Positions 1-13,200 of a stretch of 64,000 nt of DNA are shown one piece after another; position 1 is the stretch's first letter; each line of letters starts with the position of its first letter. The translations under genes and the position numbers were made by a program. The notes beneath the pieces were generated by a model. That model searched no databases and was not told where the DNA came from. It saw nothing but the letters and a program-made list of their open reading frames with translations. Source of the stretch: Eledone cirrhosa (lineage: Eukaryota); contig OZ024742.1 in the NCBI GenBank assembly GCA_964016885.1, positions 285,944,001 to 286,008,000 of the forward strand, given 5' to 3'.

Positions 1-109
1 TATGCAGGGGGAAGCAATTGTTGCTGGATGATATTTAATTTATTTAAGAAAAAGGATTAGGTAGGGTGTGAGGGAGGTAACTCTTGTAAATGTTTGATTG
101 TTTGTTGCA

Positions 110-790
110 GTTTTAGATTGGTCCGATTTTTAGAGCATTAAGTAGGGGTTGGAATTTGTTAATGAAATATGTTTCCTTATTGGTACGTTGGAAGAAAGTA
201 GCGTTGTCTATGAATTTTTAAATGGGGAATATTTTAAAGTTTGGATGTTGGTTGTGAGCACAATTGGCGATATGTTCACTAAATGCAATCTTTCTGTATT
301 CCTGTATTTTAATTTGTGATTTATGGACGGTCATACGTTGACGGAGGCGGTTTTTGTCTGTCCTATGTAGTGCTCTTGACAACCTGAGCAGGTCAAAACA
401 TAGATTAGGTTTTCAGATGTGAAAGTTGTGTTTAACTGTGAAACGCTGTCCTTGTTTAAAATGGAATGTTGAACCTTCTATTAGATTTATGCATATGCCA
501 CAGTTGGGCCTTCCGCATTTTGTTACTGTAGGGTTCATTGTGAGGGTTTGTTGGATTTTGGCTTGTGTGAGGCTGTTTTTTTATGGATTTAAGTTGTCTT
601 TTGCTCTTTATGATGTTGTATGTTTGGAGGATTTTGTTCATTCTTGGGTCTCTCTTTAGTAAAGGAATGTTCTGGAGGATGGTGTCGAATGCCTCATTGT
701 TGAGGGTGTTGTGTGTGGAGATGTATGGTAGAGTTTATTGTTGCGGTTCATTCCTGGGTTTGTTGCGGTTCATTCCTGAGTTCCTGGATG
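110..790 (-). mobile_element. Penelope-like retroelement relic (linker + GIY-YIG endonuclease), frameshifted
   Basis: Manual minus-strand translation gives TLPYISTHN...RDPRMNKILQ..IIKSKRQ, KCGRPNCGIC, NLIYVLTCSGCQEHYIGQT and RQRMTVHKSQI...SEHIANC...ETYFINKFQPLLN; this is the GIY-YIG motif with a Cys-rich linker. Confidence 0.85.
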
Positions 791-1429
791 TCTAGTTTTA
801 GGGCACGTTGGAATCCATTGTTGATTAGGGATGGTGGGTAGTAATAGAGAAACATCACAACCATCATTACTTCCAACATAGAACCCAAAATACACAACTA
901 CAACACATGTCACACAGGGCCTCACAACCACACACCAGCTATAAGGAAACCCTAATCTACCCTCCCCCACTAATCACATCCTACAACAACACCAGCGGGG
1001 GACAATACAACCACACGAGACACCCTAACCACTACAACCACCATAGCTACACACCATATAACAGCAACAACAGGACTCAATATGACCATACGAGACAACT
1101 CTACTAAAACTACCACCAAGTCTACACACCCTACAACAACAGCAGTGCTCAACACAACTTTACGATACAACCCAACTTCAACAACCACCACAACTACACA
1201 CCCTATAACCACGTCTATCGTGTGGTTGTATTGAGCCCTGCTGATGTGGTTATAGGGTGTGAAGTTGTGGTGAAGACACTTTATTTCACGTTTCTCTTTC
1301 TACGTGGAGTTGCACCGATAAATAGCATTAGCAATTGGAAAGACCAATGGTAACATTGTTTCCTCGGTCCGATTTGACGAAAGTCGTTCGTTCCTATATA
1401 TATATATATATTATACATACACACACACA

Positions 1430-1865
1430 ATTAAACTTTCCTATTCGACTACTAAAAATATTGTCCAAAATATAGCTAAAATTAACAATAGAAATCTTGG
1501 AATTAAACATTGGGAAATAACTCACAATAATAATCATAGAATCACTAATGGAATTAACAACATCTCAAATAACAGTCATAATTACATTTACATAGGCGAT
1601 GGAAATCTGCCGAATTATGAACACATAGTGGGAAATTTAAATAATTGTAATTGTAAAAACCGTAATATTTGCCCACTTAATAATAACTATCTGGATCATA
1701 ACTTAGTTTTATAAATGCATAGTTAAAACGAAGGATAAGTCTTTTAGTTATATTGGTGCCACTTCTTCTAAATCTAAAGAAAGGTGATATAACCATCGCC
1801 ACTCGATTAAAAGAAAAGATAAAAGATTTACTACGGCCCTCTCTGAATTGATTTGGTCTCTTTCA
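1430..1865 (+). mobile_element. Penelope-like GIY-YIG relic
   Basis: KLSYSTTKNIVQNIAKINN...CNCKNRNICPLNNN...YKCIVKT..SYIGATSS..KER*YNHRHS...TALSELIW; homologous to 39569-40637. Confidence 0.8.
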
Positions 1866-2752
1866 ACTAACATAAAGAAAATTAGGAGCCAAAATATCAA
1901 ATGAAAAAACGGAGTTAAAGACTCGCATTAATCCCCTTTAATTTAATGAGCTCAAGGAATAAGTACCGAGCTCTTCATAATGCAGTATATAGAGAAGAAA
2001 ACACAAAACGGTTTGTTTTCAATTACGAGTGGTAATTAATTTACCTTTTAATTATTATGTATTTTCCACACTTTTCGTAGACTTTATGCTTCTCACTCTA
2101 GTAGTTCTCTACCCCTCGTAATTGAAAACATAGCCTTTTATGTTTTCTTCTCTATATACTGTATTATGAAGAGCTCGGTACTTATTCCTTGAGCTTATTA
2201 AATTACAGGGGATTAACTCTGTTTTTTCATTTAATTTTTTGGCTCCCTAACTAATTTTCTTTATGTTAGTTGAGCGTTTTAAGTTGATTGGTTATTGGCT
2301 GCTATTTCTAGCATTTTTTAAAAATCTATTCAAGCCACTATGTACTGTCTGGCATGTTTTCGTCTTTTCGCTCACCATGTGCGATATTTCAGTTGTCTGA
2401 AGTCTCTTTAGTAGTGTCGATCATATAGTCTTTACACCCACCGATGAGCTCTGAGAGGTTATGGTACCGAAACTGTTTATGGCGAAACATTCTTTTCTTT
2501 GTGTTTGTCAAGGTGTTTTATAGTTATAAAAGTGGGTTTGTACATTTTAATTTACCTTTTAATTATTATGTATTTTCCCCCACTTTTCGTAGATTTTATA
2601 CTTCTCACTCTAGTGATTATCTACCCCTCGTAGTTGAAAACAAACCCTTTCGTGTTTTCTTCTCTATATAATGTATTATGAAGAGCCCGGTACTTATTCC
2701 TTGAGCTCATTAAATTACAGGGGATTAACGCGAGTCTTTAACTCCGTTTTAT

Positions 2753-2760
<8 letters not shown>
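1863..2760. repeat. Inverted plus direct repeat (probable Penelope pseudo-LTR pieces)
   Basis: ~1863-2035 is the reverse complement of ~2110-2273; ~2038-2230 is repeated directly at ~2548-2760. Confidence 0.75.
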
Positions 2761-2851
<91 letters not shown>

Positions 2852-3018
2852 AATGAAGTAATTCCTTTTCCAGCCTCACTTTCATATAGATTATGTTTTT
2901 AAAATCCAACGCCAATAAATACACCAGGATTTTTTCATTGTGATGATTGAAAGCAAAAATTTTTTGCTTTTAAGAAACCAATGGTAAATGAAATAATTGC
3001 CTTATGTTGTTTATTACA

Positions 3019-3096
<78 letters not shown>

Positions 3097-3100
<4 letters not shown>

Positions 3101-3544
3101 CAGGGTGCTCTTGCCGAAAGCCTGAATCTTGTCCCCTTCAACACACCTGCTATAGTTTATGAAGCTGTGGTAACTTCCAGCCGACCAAATCAACCACAGG
3201 AGGTCAAATCCTATGTGGGTATGGCGGAGGGCCGATTTAAGGAACGCTTCCTGAACCATCAGTCGACCTTTAGGTACCCGGACAAACGATCATCCACGAA
3301 ACTCGCGAGCCACGTATGGTCCCTAAAGATCTCAAGTATAGACTACTCCATTCAATGGAAAGCCATCACTAAGTCCAAGCCATACGCAAGGGGCAATCCG
3401 TCTTGTGGACTGTGTATTGATGAACGCATACATATTCTAAGGAGATTACGCAATAGCGATTGCCTAAACTCAAGAAATGAAATCTTCACACGTTGTCCAC
3501 ATGTCTGGAAACACCTCTTACATAACTACAAAGCTCCGGATTGA
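3097..3544 (+). mobile_element. 5'-truncated Penelope-like element, GIY-YIG C-terminus (open to the stop codon)
   Basis: AIVYEAVV...SYVGMAEGRFKERFLNHQSTF...STKLASHVWSLK...CGLCIDERIHI...LNSRNEIFTRCPH; hammerhead motif 150 nt downstream on the same strand. Confidence 0.88.
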
Positions 3545-3690
3545 ATAACAACAATATTCTAATTTTCTTATCAACTCGAACTACATTTCGGACTTTCGCA
3601 GTGGCATTATATCGCTTGGGTGAAGTGACTGTTTCTGCGCATGCGCGTTCATACGGTTGTTCTTCCTATTCCGTATAACCATGACCAGTA

Positions 3691-3728
3691 CGAGCTGAGG
3701 ATCTGCTAAGGTGAAACAATTGTTCTCG
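3691..3728 (+). ncRNA. Type I hammerhead ribozyme motif (weak helix II)
   Basis: CGAG-CTGAGGA-TCTGCTAAGGT-GAAA-CAATTG-TT-CTCG; helix I CGAG/CTCG extended by ACCAT/ATGGT; palindromic helix III. Confidence 0.7.
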
Positions 3729-3916
3729 GTATGGTGAACTAACTGTTGTGTTACCATTTCTATATAGATATAGATATATTCCACATAGCGGCCAATGGCA
3801 ACTTCTTTTTCCATTCTTAAGGGTCTTCACTCTATTTAAAAACTATCTTATAGAATCTCTACGCATGACCACACCATTTAATTCATAGACACGAAAAACC
3901 CTAGATTTCCTTGTCT

Positions 3917-3951
<35 letters not shown>

Positions 3952-4478
3952 TTATATAACTAATATTAAGTAAGTGATACTGTTATTCTAGCGAGTGATA
4001 CGGGACAATAACTCCGAAACAATTGTAGATTGTTTTTCTCTCTGCCACCACTGGAACAAAATGATGTTAGTCGTCTTGAACATAGAGATGGTGTTATGAG
4101 GCTGTTTGCTTCCAAACAAATCGAATATCAATATTAACATATTATTATTCACTCACAAATGCATATATATATATATATATAATATATAGTTGTTATATAG
4201 TAAGGTGCATTATTGGTTGTGTAAAATGGTCCAATAACTTTATGTTAGCAATATTAAGTTCTCCACGCTTTTGTATATCTCCAATTCCATTCAAGGGCAC
4301 AGCTAGATGATGTAAAACGGAGTATAAGTATCAAAATGAAAATCCGAAGGCAAGGTATATATTACATACATACACACGCACACACATACACACACATATA
4401 TATATACACCCACACATATATATACACACATACATACACACATATATATATATGTATACACATATATACATACATATG

Positions 4479-4524
<46 letters not shown>

Positions 4525-4973
4525 TACACCTACATATATACACACACACATACACACACCTACACATATATGTACATACATACACATACATATAAACACA
4601 CACACATATATATATATACACACATACACACGCACATACATACATATATATTCATATACACACACACACGTGCACACATACATACACACCTACATATACC
4701 TGTACACCTACAAACATACATACAAACACATCTACACACACATATATGTACACACATCTACACAAGTATTTAAGTTCACATATACATTAGGGTGGGGAAG
4801 GGGGAATTATTGAAATGTAGTGTACCACTGAGGGTTTTTCTTCTCTTCAACGATCGAATGTTTGAAAGTGCGGGTGTCCTCGACTTCTATTTGGATATTT
4901 TTCTTTTTCAATATGAGATTTTTTAAAGAAAAGAGAGAGGGGGAGGATCCCGTTATTTGAAGATGGGATATCA

Positions 4974-5965
4974 TTATTTTGTGTTCAGTAGTGGTTTGTA
5001 CTTTCTAATAAAGAATTCTTCTTTATATTTTCGGAAATGTTCGTTGTCCGACCATATTTTAAAGAAGGGGGAAATTGTGAATTTTCCCTTTCCGCATGTT
5101 GCGAAGTGTTCACTGCATGTGGTGTTTCTGACAGAGGGGTCTCTAATTTGTTGTTTATGTACTCGAACTGTGTCATCTAGACCCGTTCCGGTTTCACCAA
5201 TGTAGTATTCTTTACATTGTGGGCAGGTTGCACAGTAAATCAAGTTTTTGGTTTTGCAATTCATGTTTGCATTAACTGTGAAAAACTGGTGGTTTTTAAA
5301 GGATATTTGCCCACCCTCTTCAATGTGTCCACAAGTTCCGCATCAAGGGTCCCCGCATTTCTTAACTTGCATTGCTTCATTATTAGCGGGGTTAACTTTG
5401 CCGTTCATCCTTACGGGGTCGATAAAATAAAGTACCAGTAATGCACTGGGTAATTGCTGGCCTTGTACCAAAAGTAGAAACAATTATTAGACGTAAATGT
5501 TGCTTTGGTAAGCAGTTTCTTTAGGTTGGGTGCTTGGCGTCTACTATATATTATTTAGGGGACTGCTGGAGAATCAGGAGATATTGTTTAGCGGCTTTCA
5601 CAATGATGAAGTTCCTTGGATTGTGAGTAATGTCAAAAGGGATAACTGTTTTTTCTATTTTATTTTGTTGCTTTGTTTTTCTCAGTGATGTCACTGGAAT
5701 GTTCTGGGCTTTGGAAATAGCCGTGTTGATGAGGTTCACCGGATATTCTTGTCTTTTAAGGATCCCTTTTAGTTCATATAATCTTTTTTCTTGTAGTGTG
5801 GGGTGTGTTATTATGGTGCAGATGCCTCTTGTCATGTTAAAGGGAATGTTCCTTTTGGTATGTGACGGGTGTGCTGATCAGAAATTCAAGTATTGGTGTG
5901 TGTCTGTTGGTTTGTAAATTAAGTCTGTTTTGATATTTTCCCTTCTTTAATGATAAGGATATCCA
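4974..5965 (-). mobile_element. Penelope-like element (RT thumb + Cys linker + GIY-YIG), truncated and interrupted by a SINE
   Basis: LDILII..TDLIYKPTDTHQYLNF*SAHPSHTKRNIPF; KCGDP*CGTC; NLIYCATCPQCKEYYIGETG...RKYKEEFFIRKYKPLLN. Confidence 0.9.
5387..5490 (+). mobile_element. 5'-truncated SINE (family 1) with 8-bp TSD
   Basis: Matches the family-1 3' half; ATTATTAG at 5379-5386 and 5483-5490. Confidence 0.8.
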
Positions 5966-6020
5966 GATATATATATATATATCCTATTCCGCCCTTTAAT
6001 ATTTCTAATTTCTCATTCTT

Positions 6021-6056
6021 TCTTCTGATGAAGGACTAGCGTCCGAAATGTTAAGA
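6021..6056 (+). ncRNA. Minimal hammerhead ribozyme motif (inverted pLTR upstream of the Penelope relic)
   Basis: TCTT-CTGATGA-A-GGAC-TAGC-GTCC-GAAA-TG-TT-AAGA. Confidence 0.75.
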
Positions 6057-6135
6057 CCCTCTTCCTGCTATTTCAAGCGTTAAACTAGCAGGAACAGGGT
6101 CTTAACAATTTTGTTGTTATTTCTGTTTATTTTTT

Positions 6136-6167
<32 letters not shown>

Positions 6168-6320
6168 CGGAGAAAGCTTTTTAGCGATACTCCGGCCAAA
6201 TTCCAACTCACTCAACAAACTTTAGGAAATAAGTGATTATATTCCTAATTAAGCGTTCGGGGTGCTAACTAAAAGTATTGCGTGGAAAATTGGCTGTATT
6301 ATTTCATATGAGACATATCG

Positions 6321-6404
<84 letters not shown>

Positions 6405-6509
6405 AACGAGTAGGACCCCTACTCGTTCCTATTACCCACTCTACTACCCTAAGTATTAAGTACTTTGGTGCGTTATGGTCCACCTGGTTCCTTACCACAT
6501 TTCCATCGT

Positions 6510-6542
<33 letters not shown>

Positions 6543-6823
6543 GGTTGGTGGCTTGTGCTATTGTTCGAAGTTTCGCGATTGCTTCATTTTATCAAGGCAG
6601 ACATTGTTGGTGTGCATGAGTATTATGTGTGGAGGCGATGGGTTAAGCTTGTATAAATACCCAGGCGCGCACCTGTGTACGCATGTGTAGGTGTGTGGAT
6701 TTACGGCTGTAATCATATTTTCTACAGTTGAAGAAATGAAACGAAAATCAATATGTCAGTTCCATCATAGATATAAATTATTGATCATGTTTCGAGGACA
6801 TTTTCTTTTGTACACACACACAC

Positions 6824-6940
<117 letters not shown>

Positions 6941-7647
6941 CCATATATATATATACATAAAGAGAGGAAATGAGAAAGCGATATAGAGGAAGAATCGACC
7001 CCAGTACTAGACTTCCCGTTGCTCCAGTATACTCAACTTAAAACGAGTACCAGCAATAATCATGTGTTGGACTGGCCTTATGTCCAGAGAGTGGAGGGGC
7101 GGGGGCGTATTGTATTCTCAGTCGCTTCACGCCACAGAAACCGGAATAAGTACCGGATTGTTGAGCCTCCGAAGTCGAGACACGCTATAGACTTAAACTA
7201 ACGTCGGATACTTTTTCCACAGAACTCGCATTTTTATTTCAAATATTACTGACAAAAATATAAAAACAGAAATGGAGTGTGGCTTCCATTTGTATTTGAA
7301 AAGTACATTTTTAATCCATTGGGATAGCTGCCATAATGAAATGAAGTTCGTTATCGGTCCATAAAATATCATTACACAACTCGGATTTTAAATAGCCGGA
7401 TATCAGTTTATGCGATTTCAATGATAATTATTTTATCGTATTTTTCTTCTTTATATTCTTCTGGCAGCTGTATGGTTGTACAACGAGGGCAGCACTTCGC
7501 CAAATATGTCGAACATTTTTTCTCCAATTCTAAATACATTTGTAATAAATAAAATAAATAATATTGTCTAGCTGGATTACAACCAGCCAGTTATCGTCAC
7601 CCCTGCCCCGCCCTTTCTTTCTATATATATGTACATGTATATATATT

Positions 7648-7721
<74 letters not shown>

Positions 7722-8227
7722 TATGTGTCTGTGTGTATGCATGTATGTAAGTTATATATATATATATATAGAGAGAGAGATATAGATATATATTTACACA
7801 CATGCACAGAGAGTGAGAAATATATGAATACATGTATGCATGTATACGTGTGGTTGTGTGCGCGCCTATATATAAATATATATGCATGCATATATAGGAT
7901 TTATGTGTGTATATATATATATCTATATACACATACACCTTCAACTTCCATCGCTCTCACATTCTCTCTTTCTCTTTCTCTCTGTAGAAACATAAATAGA
8001 TATATCTATAAACAGCACGTTGGTGCGTTGTAATATTTCAAGTAATGTAAATCAAAATATACATACCTTAAAGTTTATTAAGTATGCAGAACGATCTCTT
8101 ACCCCTATCCTCACTTCATCAAATTACTTTCCCCCGGCTATATTGTTTATATCAAATTATCATAAGCTGCCAAATGAACCAACGGCAACAAGACGTGTGC
8201 GTGCGTGTGTGTGTGCATGTGTGGGCG

Positions 8228-8320
<93 letters not shown>

Positions 8321-8539
8321 TTACGTTTGTGTATGTGTTTATGCTGTGTTATATAGCGGTTCGACAAAAAAAATCGATGAAATAAATACCAGGCTTGGAA
8401 AAATAAAATATGTATTGAGATGGCCACAACCTAGTGGTTTCAATCAGTAAAAGAATAAAAGAAGAACCAAAATAAAACAAAACAAAAGCAATGTAACAAA
8501 AATCAAACCAAATTCCGTCTCTCTATCTTGAGATAGTGA

Positions 8540-8619
8540 TGGGTCGTCAAGTATGAAATTTGTAGAAATTTGTTGTTTTTTTGTTGCAAATCTCTACAAA
8601 TTTCATACTTGACGACCCA
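8540..8619. repeat. Near-perfect inverted repeat (33-bp arms)
   Basis: TGGGTCGTCAAGTATGAAATTTGTAGAAATTTG / CAAATCTCTACAAATTTCATACTTGACGACCCA. Confidence 0.9.
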
Positions 8620-8709
8620 ATAAAAGTAGCTTAAGTGCCATTCTGTGAATGTATCTGAATTCCAAACAAGGGCCTGTCATATCTCTCTATTTAGAGATGA
8701 ATTAAAGTA

Positions 8710-10184
8710 ATAAATGTTTCTAATTGAAGCACAAACACATTAAGATGGCGAAGAAGGAAAGTCGATTAAATCAAACCTAGAATTTAACTGGCACGTTATT
8801 ATATCGATTCCGTGATACTGAAAGTTAAAGTTGACCTCAGCGAAAATTGAGCTTAGATCGTAAAGAATGGGATCAAATACCACGTAGCATTTTGCTCGAC
8901 GCTATAAGGATTCTGCCAATCCGATACCCTCCAATTAGTTATAATAATGGTTTCTGATTTAAGCACGTGGCCAACAATTTGGGGGAAGGAGTAAGTCGAT
9001 TAAATCGACCCCAGTGCGTTACTGGTACTTCATTTTATCGGCCCTATACGGAAAAAAAGCAAAGCTAACTTCGGCAGGAACGTAAAGGGACGTAACTACA
9101 TGCGGCAAATCATGTTGTCAAAGAAGAAGAAAAAGAAGAGAGGTATAGTGAGGGGGAGTGAGAAAGAGATATAGAGGAAGAATCGACGCCAACACTAGAT
9201 TGGTACTTATTTTTATCGATCTCAAATGGATGAAAGGCAAAACTGACCTCGATGGGATTTGAACTCAGTGAGCAGAGAGCCGGAATAAATACCACAAATT
9301 ATTCTATCCAACGTACTAACGACTCTGCCAATTTACCGCCTTTATTTATCGAACCTGAAATGTAAAAGGCAAAGTTGACCTCAGCGAGATTTCAACTCAG
9401 CTCAACGTGTCGAAACAAAGAGCAAGGACTTCCATAATCGATGATCATACGATACTATAGATCCACGTTACGATCGACAATATTCCAAACATCATTCACG
9501 TACAGAAAATGGGGTGGAACTTGTCAAATTGGACCAATGAAACAATGTTGATACTACCTACCGGTCGCAACTCCTGGCAGAAACAGCAACGTAAAATAAA
9601 GTGTTTTGCTCAAGGTCATAATGCATTCCCAGATCCGGAAATCGAACTCGCAACCTCATGATTACGAATCCAATTCTCTAATTACTAATTAACGTGCTTC
9701 CACCATACTGAGACTTTCTAAAAGCTTAAGAAATGATCTGTGCAACGTCCCTTAAACATAATGAAATAATAATAATAATGAGTTCTACTATAGGCAAAAG
9801 GCCAGCATTTGGGGAGAGGGGAAAGTCGTGACTGGTACTTTATTTTATCGACCCTGTAAGGATAAAAAAAGTTAACCGCGGCAGGATTTGAACTCAGAAC
9901 GTAAAAGGGCCGTAACTCTATGCCGTAAAACATATTATCCGACGCTTTACCGATACTGCCATAATAATTATTTCTACTATAGGCACAATGCCAGCAATTC
10001 AGGGAGAAGGGAAAGTCGATTAAATTGACCCCAGTGCGTGACAGGTACTTTATTTTATCGACCCCGTAAGGATGAAAGGCAAAGTTAACCTCGGTGGGAT
10101 TTGAACTCAGATCATAAAGGGCCGTAACTCTATGCTGCAAAGCATGGCGTCCGACCCTCTACCGATACTGCCAATCCACCACCC

Positions 10185-10186
<2 letters not shown>
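8710..10186 (-). mobile_element. Cluster of tRNA-derived SINEs, mostly family 1 head-to-tail; a different tRNA-SINE at ~9510-9700
   Basis: Minus strand: A-box-like TGGCAGTATCGG, B box GAGTTCAAATCC, central GCCTTTCATCCTTACGGGGTCGATAAAATAAAGTACC (resembles Nin/Deu-type domain), ATTATT tail. Confidence 0.85.
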
Positions 10187-10232
<46 letters not shown>

Positions 10233-13200
10233 TTTCTTTATTAACCACAAGGGTTTACATAAAGTAGACATTAAGGACAGTGCAGGACAATGCAGGACGG
10301 TACAAATGGGCATTTCTGCGTGTAAAAAAACAAAAACAGAGGATGTAACAAAAATAACAATGAAAATAACAATGAAAAATTCCCCAATAGGGGGGAGACT
10401 TCGGAGGGACATTTGTGGAGAAAGCCCAGTAAAAAGCCACAATGACCCTGACCACCAAGGCAAGTGCCCTCTCCCAGTTTTCCACCTTTAATTTACAGAT
10501 ATATACTCAGAGTAGGCCCATTCACTCGAGCCATTCTTGCTTCTCTCACCCATCTTTCAACAAAATGCTGGGAAGAGAGCACTTCCCTCTCTACTCTGAT
10601 TTTCCTTTTCAAATGAAATTTGAAAAAGTCAATCAGAGCATCACCGAAGAGGTAAGTGCTCGTCTTCAGCCCTTTCAAACGTGTCCACCATACTATCTCT
10701 TTCGCCATGGCCACCAGACAGATAAAAACTGCCTGCCCTTCCCGGCTAGAGGAGGAGGGCGGGGCAATCCTCACGATGGACTCAGATGATAGCCGGATCC
10801 GTCCTACACGCGACAGCAGGTGTTCGACATAAACCCACAAGTCAGCAATTTTCGGACACTGGACGAGTGCGTGCAGGACGGTTTCGTCGCCCTGCGCGCA
10901 TCTCGGACATGCCCGGCTGACGGCACCTCCATGCCTGTAGAGTTTATCCCGAACTGGCAAGGCTCCTCGGTAGCACTGCCAGGCCAGAGATTTCTGGAAG
11001 TTGTCCATAGGCCCTGGCCCGAAAGTTCTTCCGAAGAGATTGGCTAGTTGATTTTCGTCGACGCCTAGAGTTTCCCCAAGTACGTCGTCGCTCTTCCCCT
11101 CCACTAATCCTCTATAGAACGCCGAGGTGGAGTTTCCACCGATCACATTGCCCGATTGGTCGAGGGCTGTGAGCGCCTGAAGACATTCCAGTCTCCAGGC
11201 GCTCCCTCTCGGTCTTCGCTTGACCCAGGACTGCAGCTCCGTCAAGGAAACGAGCTGGGGAAATACGCGTCTAGCAAACGGCGACCACACCTGATCACCG
11301 TCGAGGAAGAGGTGGAGATGTCGTAGCCTGAGCGCGTGCCTGCGCATCATCAGCCACGGCATGCCCAGCCCTCCACGTAGCGGGTGTTGACAACAGATGG
11401 ACCGCCTGACCATCGGAGCACGTCCCTTCCACAAAAAGCGAAAGAGCAAACGCTCCAGCGCAGTCAGGCGTCGCTTAGGACAAGGTACGACGGTCAGGCG
11501 GTAGCAGATGACAGACGCGATGTACGCGTTAGTCACCTCCGCTCGACCTTTCAGGGATAGCTTCCTCTCCGCCCATTTCTGGGTGAGAGAAGCCACCCTG
11601 CTCGTCACCACGTCCCAGTTTTTGTCCGTCTGCAGGTCCGGACCGAACCAGACTCCTAGCAATTTAACCGTTCCGTTCGTCCAGCGTCCGACGACGCTGT
11701 TGGACGGCATGGACCTGCCTCTCCAGGTGCCGAGTTGCAGGCCCACTGACTTTTCCTGGTTGATCATTGCTCCTGTCACCGCTTCGTATTCTCTTAGTGT
11801 AGTGCCGATCGCCTCGATGTGTTTGGCGTTCGACACCACTACGGTGACAACGTCCGCCTATGCTGACACGGATCTTCCGCATCCTAGTTCGCGCCGGACG
11901 CCCCTCAACGTCTCCAGTTTGTGCAGTAATGGCTCGAGAGTCAATACGTACAAGAGGGACGAGAGGGGACATCCTTGGCGGACCGAGCGCATGATGTTGA
12001 ACGGTTCCGAAAGGTGACCGTTCACTCTCACTACAGAGCAGATGTCGCTGTGCATGGCAGCGATCCAGCCTCTGAAGACGGGCCCAAAGCCAGCCGCCCT
12101 CAGGACTGCCGCTAGGTAACGATGGTCGACCCTATCGAAGGCTTTCGACTGATCTAAATTGATCAAAGACCCACCCGTGCCAAGTTCCCTAGCTACCCTC
12201 TCTACGATGTATCGCATGAGGTGGAGGTTGTCGTGGATGGATCTGTCGGGAATGGCGCATGTCTGCGCCTCTCCCACCAGACCACCAACGACAAGCGCCA
12301 ACCTCTTTGCTAGTACCTTGGCCAAAATCTTGAACTCGTGTTTAGCAGAGTTATGGGCCTGAAATTATCTATGTTATCCCCCTAGTTCGGATCCTTTCTC
12401 CGCAGTGCCACTGCTCCTCGGCTCACAGAGCTGGGAATTCTCCCGTTCTGTTGCCAGTTGCAGTAGACGTCCGCCAAGAGGCCTCCGAACAAGTCTGGCA
12501 TCTGTACGTAAAGTTCATAGGGAAGACCATCCAAACCAGGCGATTTACCCCTTGTGCAGCCAGTCATTGCCCCCCGTACTACAGCGGCTGTTATCGGCTT
12601 TTCGCAACACTCCGCCTCAGTGGCCGAGAGTCGCGGCAGTCCGTCGAGGTAGACACTAAAGTCCATCCCTCGACCCGGCCCACCGCTGCCCTCGAACAGC
12701 TGAGCTAAGTGTCGCTGAAAAGCTTCACACATTTGCCCGGGATCGAGTAGCATGCGCCCGTCGTGGTCCACCAAAGACCGGATCGTGGCTTTGTTGCCAC
12801 AACGCGCCTCCGCCACTCGGGTCCATTGAACGGCTTTCGTCCCCTCGTGTCTGAGAGCACGCATCCTAGCTCTGACAACGCAGCCTTCGTGCTTTGCATT
12901 GAAGAATTGGTCAAGGGCCAATTTCGCCGCAAACACGTCGGTCGCGATGCCTTTGCTAAGCGCCTCTTCTAATTTTCTAACTAGTTCTCCCTCTGCTCTA
13001 TTTTTCTCTATTGCTAAAGCCTTACTAAACCTAATGGACTCTATTCTAATCGCTCTTTTCAGAGCAAACCACCACTTGTTGTTGACGATGGCCCCTGTCA
13101 ACGCCCGCTTAACTAGTTCGCTAATCCGGTCTCTGTAGGCCTTGCGCGCTGGTAAGGACGCGTTTAGCTTCCAGTAGCCGGGTCCTCGTCTATGAAGCCT

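Noticed and set aside
2438-2485. Degenerate hammerhead-like strings here and at ~3995-4030, 28715-28772, 38140-38175, 43815-43845 and 52716-52755
   Set aside because: Each has core substitutions or lacks a helix or NUH; not counted
5335-5365. In-frame TGA in the Penelope Cys linker (KCGDP*CGTC) as selenocysteine
   Set aside because: It falls at a non-Cys position (N in the 110-790 copy); CGA->TGA decay is simpler
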